DNA of 64,000 nucleotides from Chlamydiia bacterium (GTDB lineage Bacteria; Chlamydiota; Chlamydiia; Chlamydiales; GCA-2402025): NCBI GenBank assembly GCA_022601395.1, contig JAJACS010000005.1, positions 4,825 to 68,824 of the forward strand, read 5' to 3'. Shown piece by piece: positions 63,781 to 64,000 of this stretch (position 1 is its first letter; each line of letters starts with the position of its first letter). The notes under the pieces were generated by a model. It saw only the letters and a program-made list of their open reading frames with translations, ran no database searches and was not told where the DNA came from. The position numbers and the translations under genes were made by a program.

Positions 63781-64000
63781 ATGGCTGCTTCGATTCGAAC
63801 TTCTGCTTCCGGGGTTCCTCTGCCAGCTCCAGCTGCAGCACCTCTTCCTCATCCCTCTGGTCTAGCGTCAACTCCGCCAAGCTCACCCACAAGAGCATCT
63901 AATGCTCAAAGTCCTAAAACAACTCCAATTAAGGCTCTTGAGATTAAATTAGCAAGTCCAACGCAAGCTGCTAAGATTAGGACTATAATTCAAACTGGGG
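63781..64000 (+). CDS. Partial CDS (5' end only): protein with a Pro/Ala/Ser-rich N-terminus, function unknown
   Basis: Own translation from ATG 63781: MAASIRTSASGVPLPAPAAAPLPHPSGLASTPPSSPTRASNAQSPKTTPIKALEIKLASPTQAAKIRTIIQTG. It is open to the window edge. A TAGGAT purine-rich stretch lies upstream. Confidence 0.45.
   Translation, partial: MAASIRTSASGVPLPAPAAAPLPHPSGLASTPPSSPTRASNAQSPKTTPIKALEIKLASPTQAAKIRTIIQTG

Overview
AT-rich chromosomal segment that I assign to a chlamydia-like (environmental Chlamydiota) bacterium. The grounds are an ~800-aa YidC beside dnaA, a Slc1/Mcsc-type class I type III secretion chaperone, SpoIID, a pair of CBS-domain TlyC/CorC proteins near a NifS-PP2C pair, and a classical men operon. 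I support about 60 protein-coding genes, 2 tRNAs (Val-GAC, Ser-UGA), several intrinsic terminators and two sigma70-like tRNA promoters. Most of it is housekeeping: ruvB, dcd, dnaA, yidC, menFDHBACE/ubiE plus a thioesterase, typA, mgtE, DUF721/DciA-gyrB-gyrA-tmk-holB, gloA, sodB, nusB-murB-PHP-folC, infC-rpmI-rplT-pheS, tsaC and a cyclophilin. I saw no rRNA, CRISPR array, IS element, integrase or prophage. Six things deserve a second look. (1) A tightly packed two-gene islet (7146-9402) whose 461-aa product has, by my motif-level reading, a CD38/ADP-ribosyl-cyclase-like domain behind a disordered, repeat-bearing N-terminus; it is a candidate secreted NADase/cyclase. (2) A translationally coupled four-gene operon (43456-47660): a DEDDh exonuclease, two divergent exported nucleoside-hydrolase-like lipoproteins, and a 517-aa protein with EarP/GT-B-like motifs. 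(3) A compacted, degenerate ThrRS-like ORF at the thrS position upstream of infC. (4) A eukaryotic-like Ser/Thr kinase with no TM segment or signal peptide, plus a REC-only protein. (5) A stand-alone LigD 3'-phosphoesterase domain. (6) Inverted repeats in the nusB leader and upstream of a Pro-rich ORF at the right edge. All homology calls come from motif recognition by eye and from remembered reference sequences, and need profile or structure searches to confirm.
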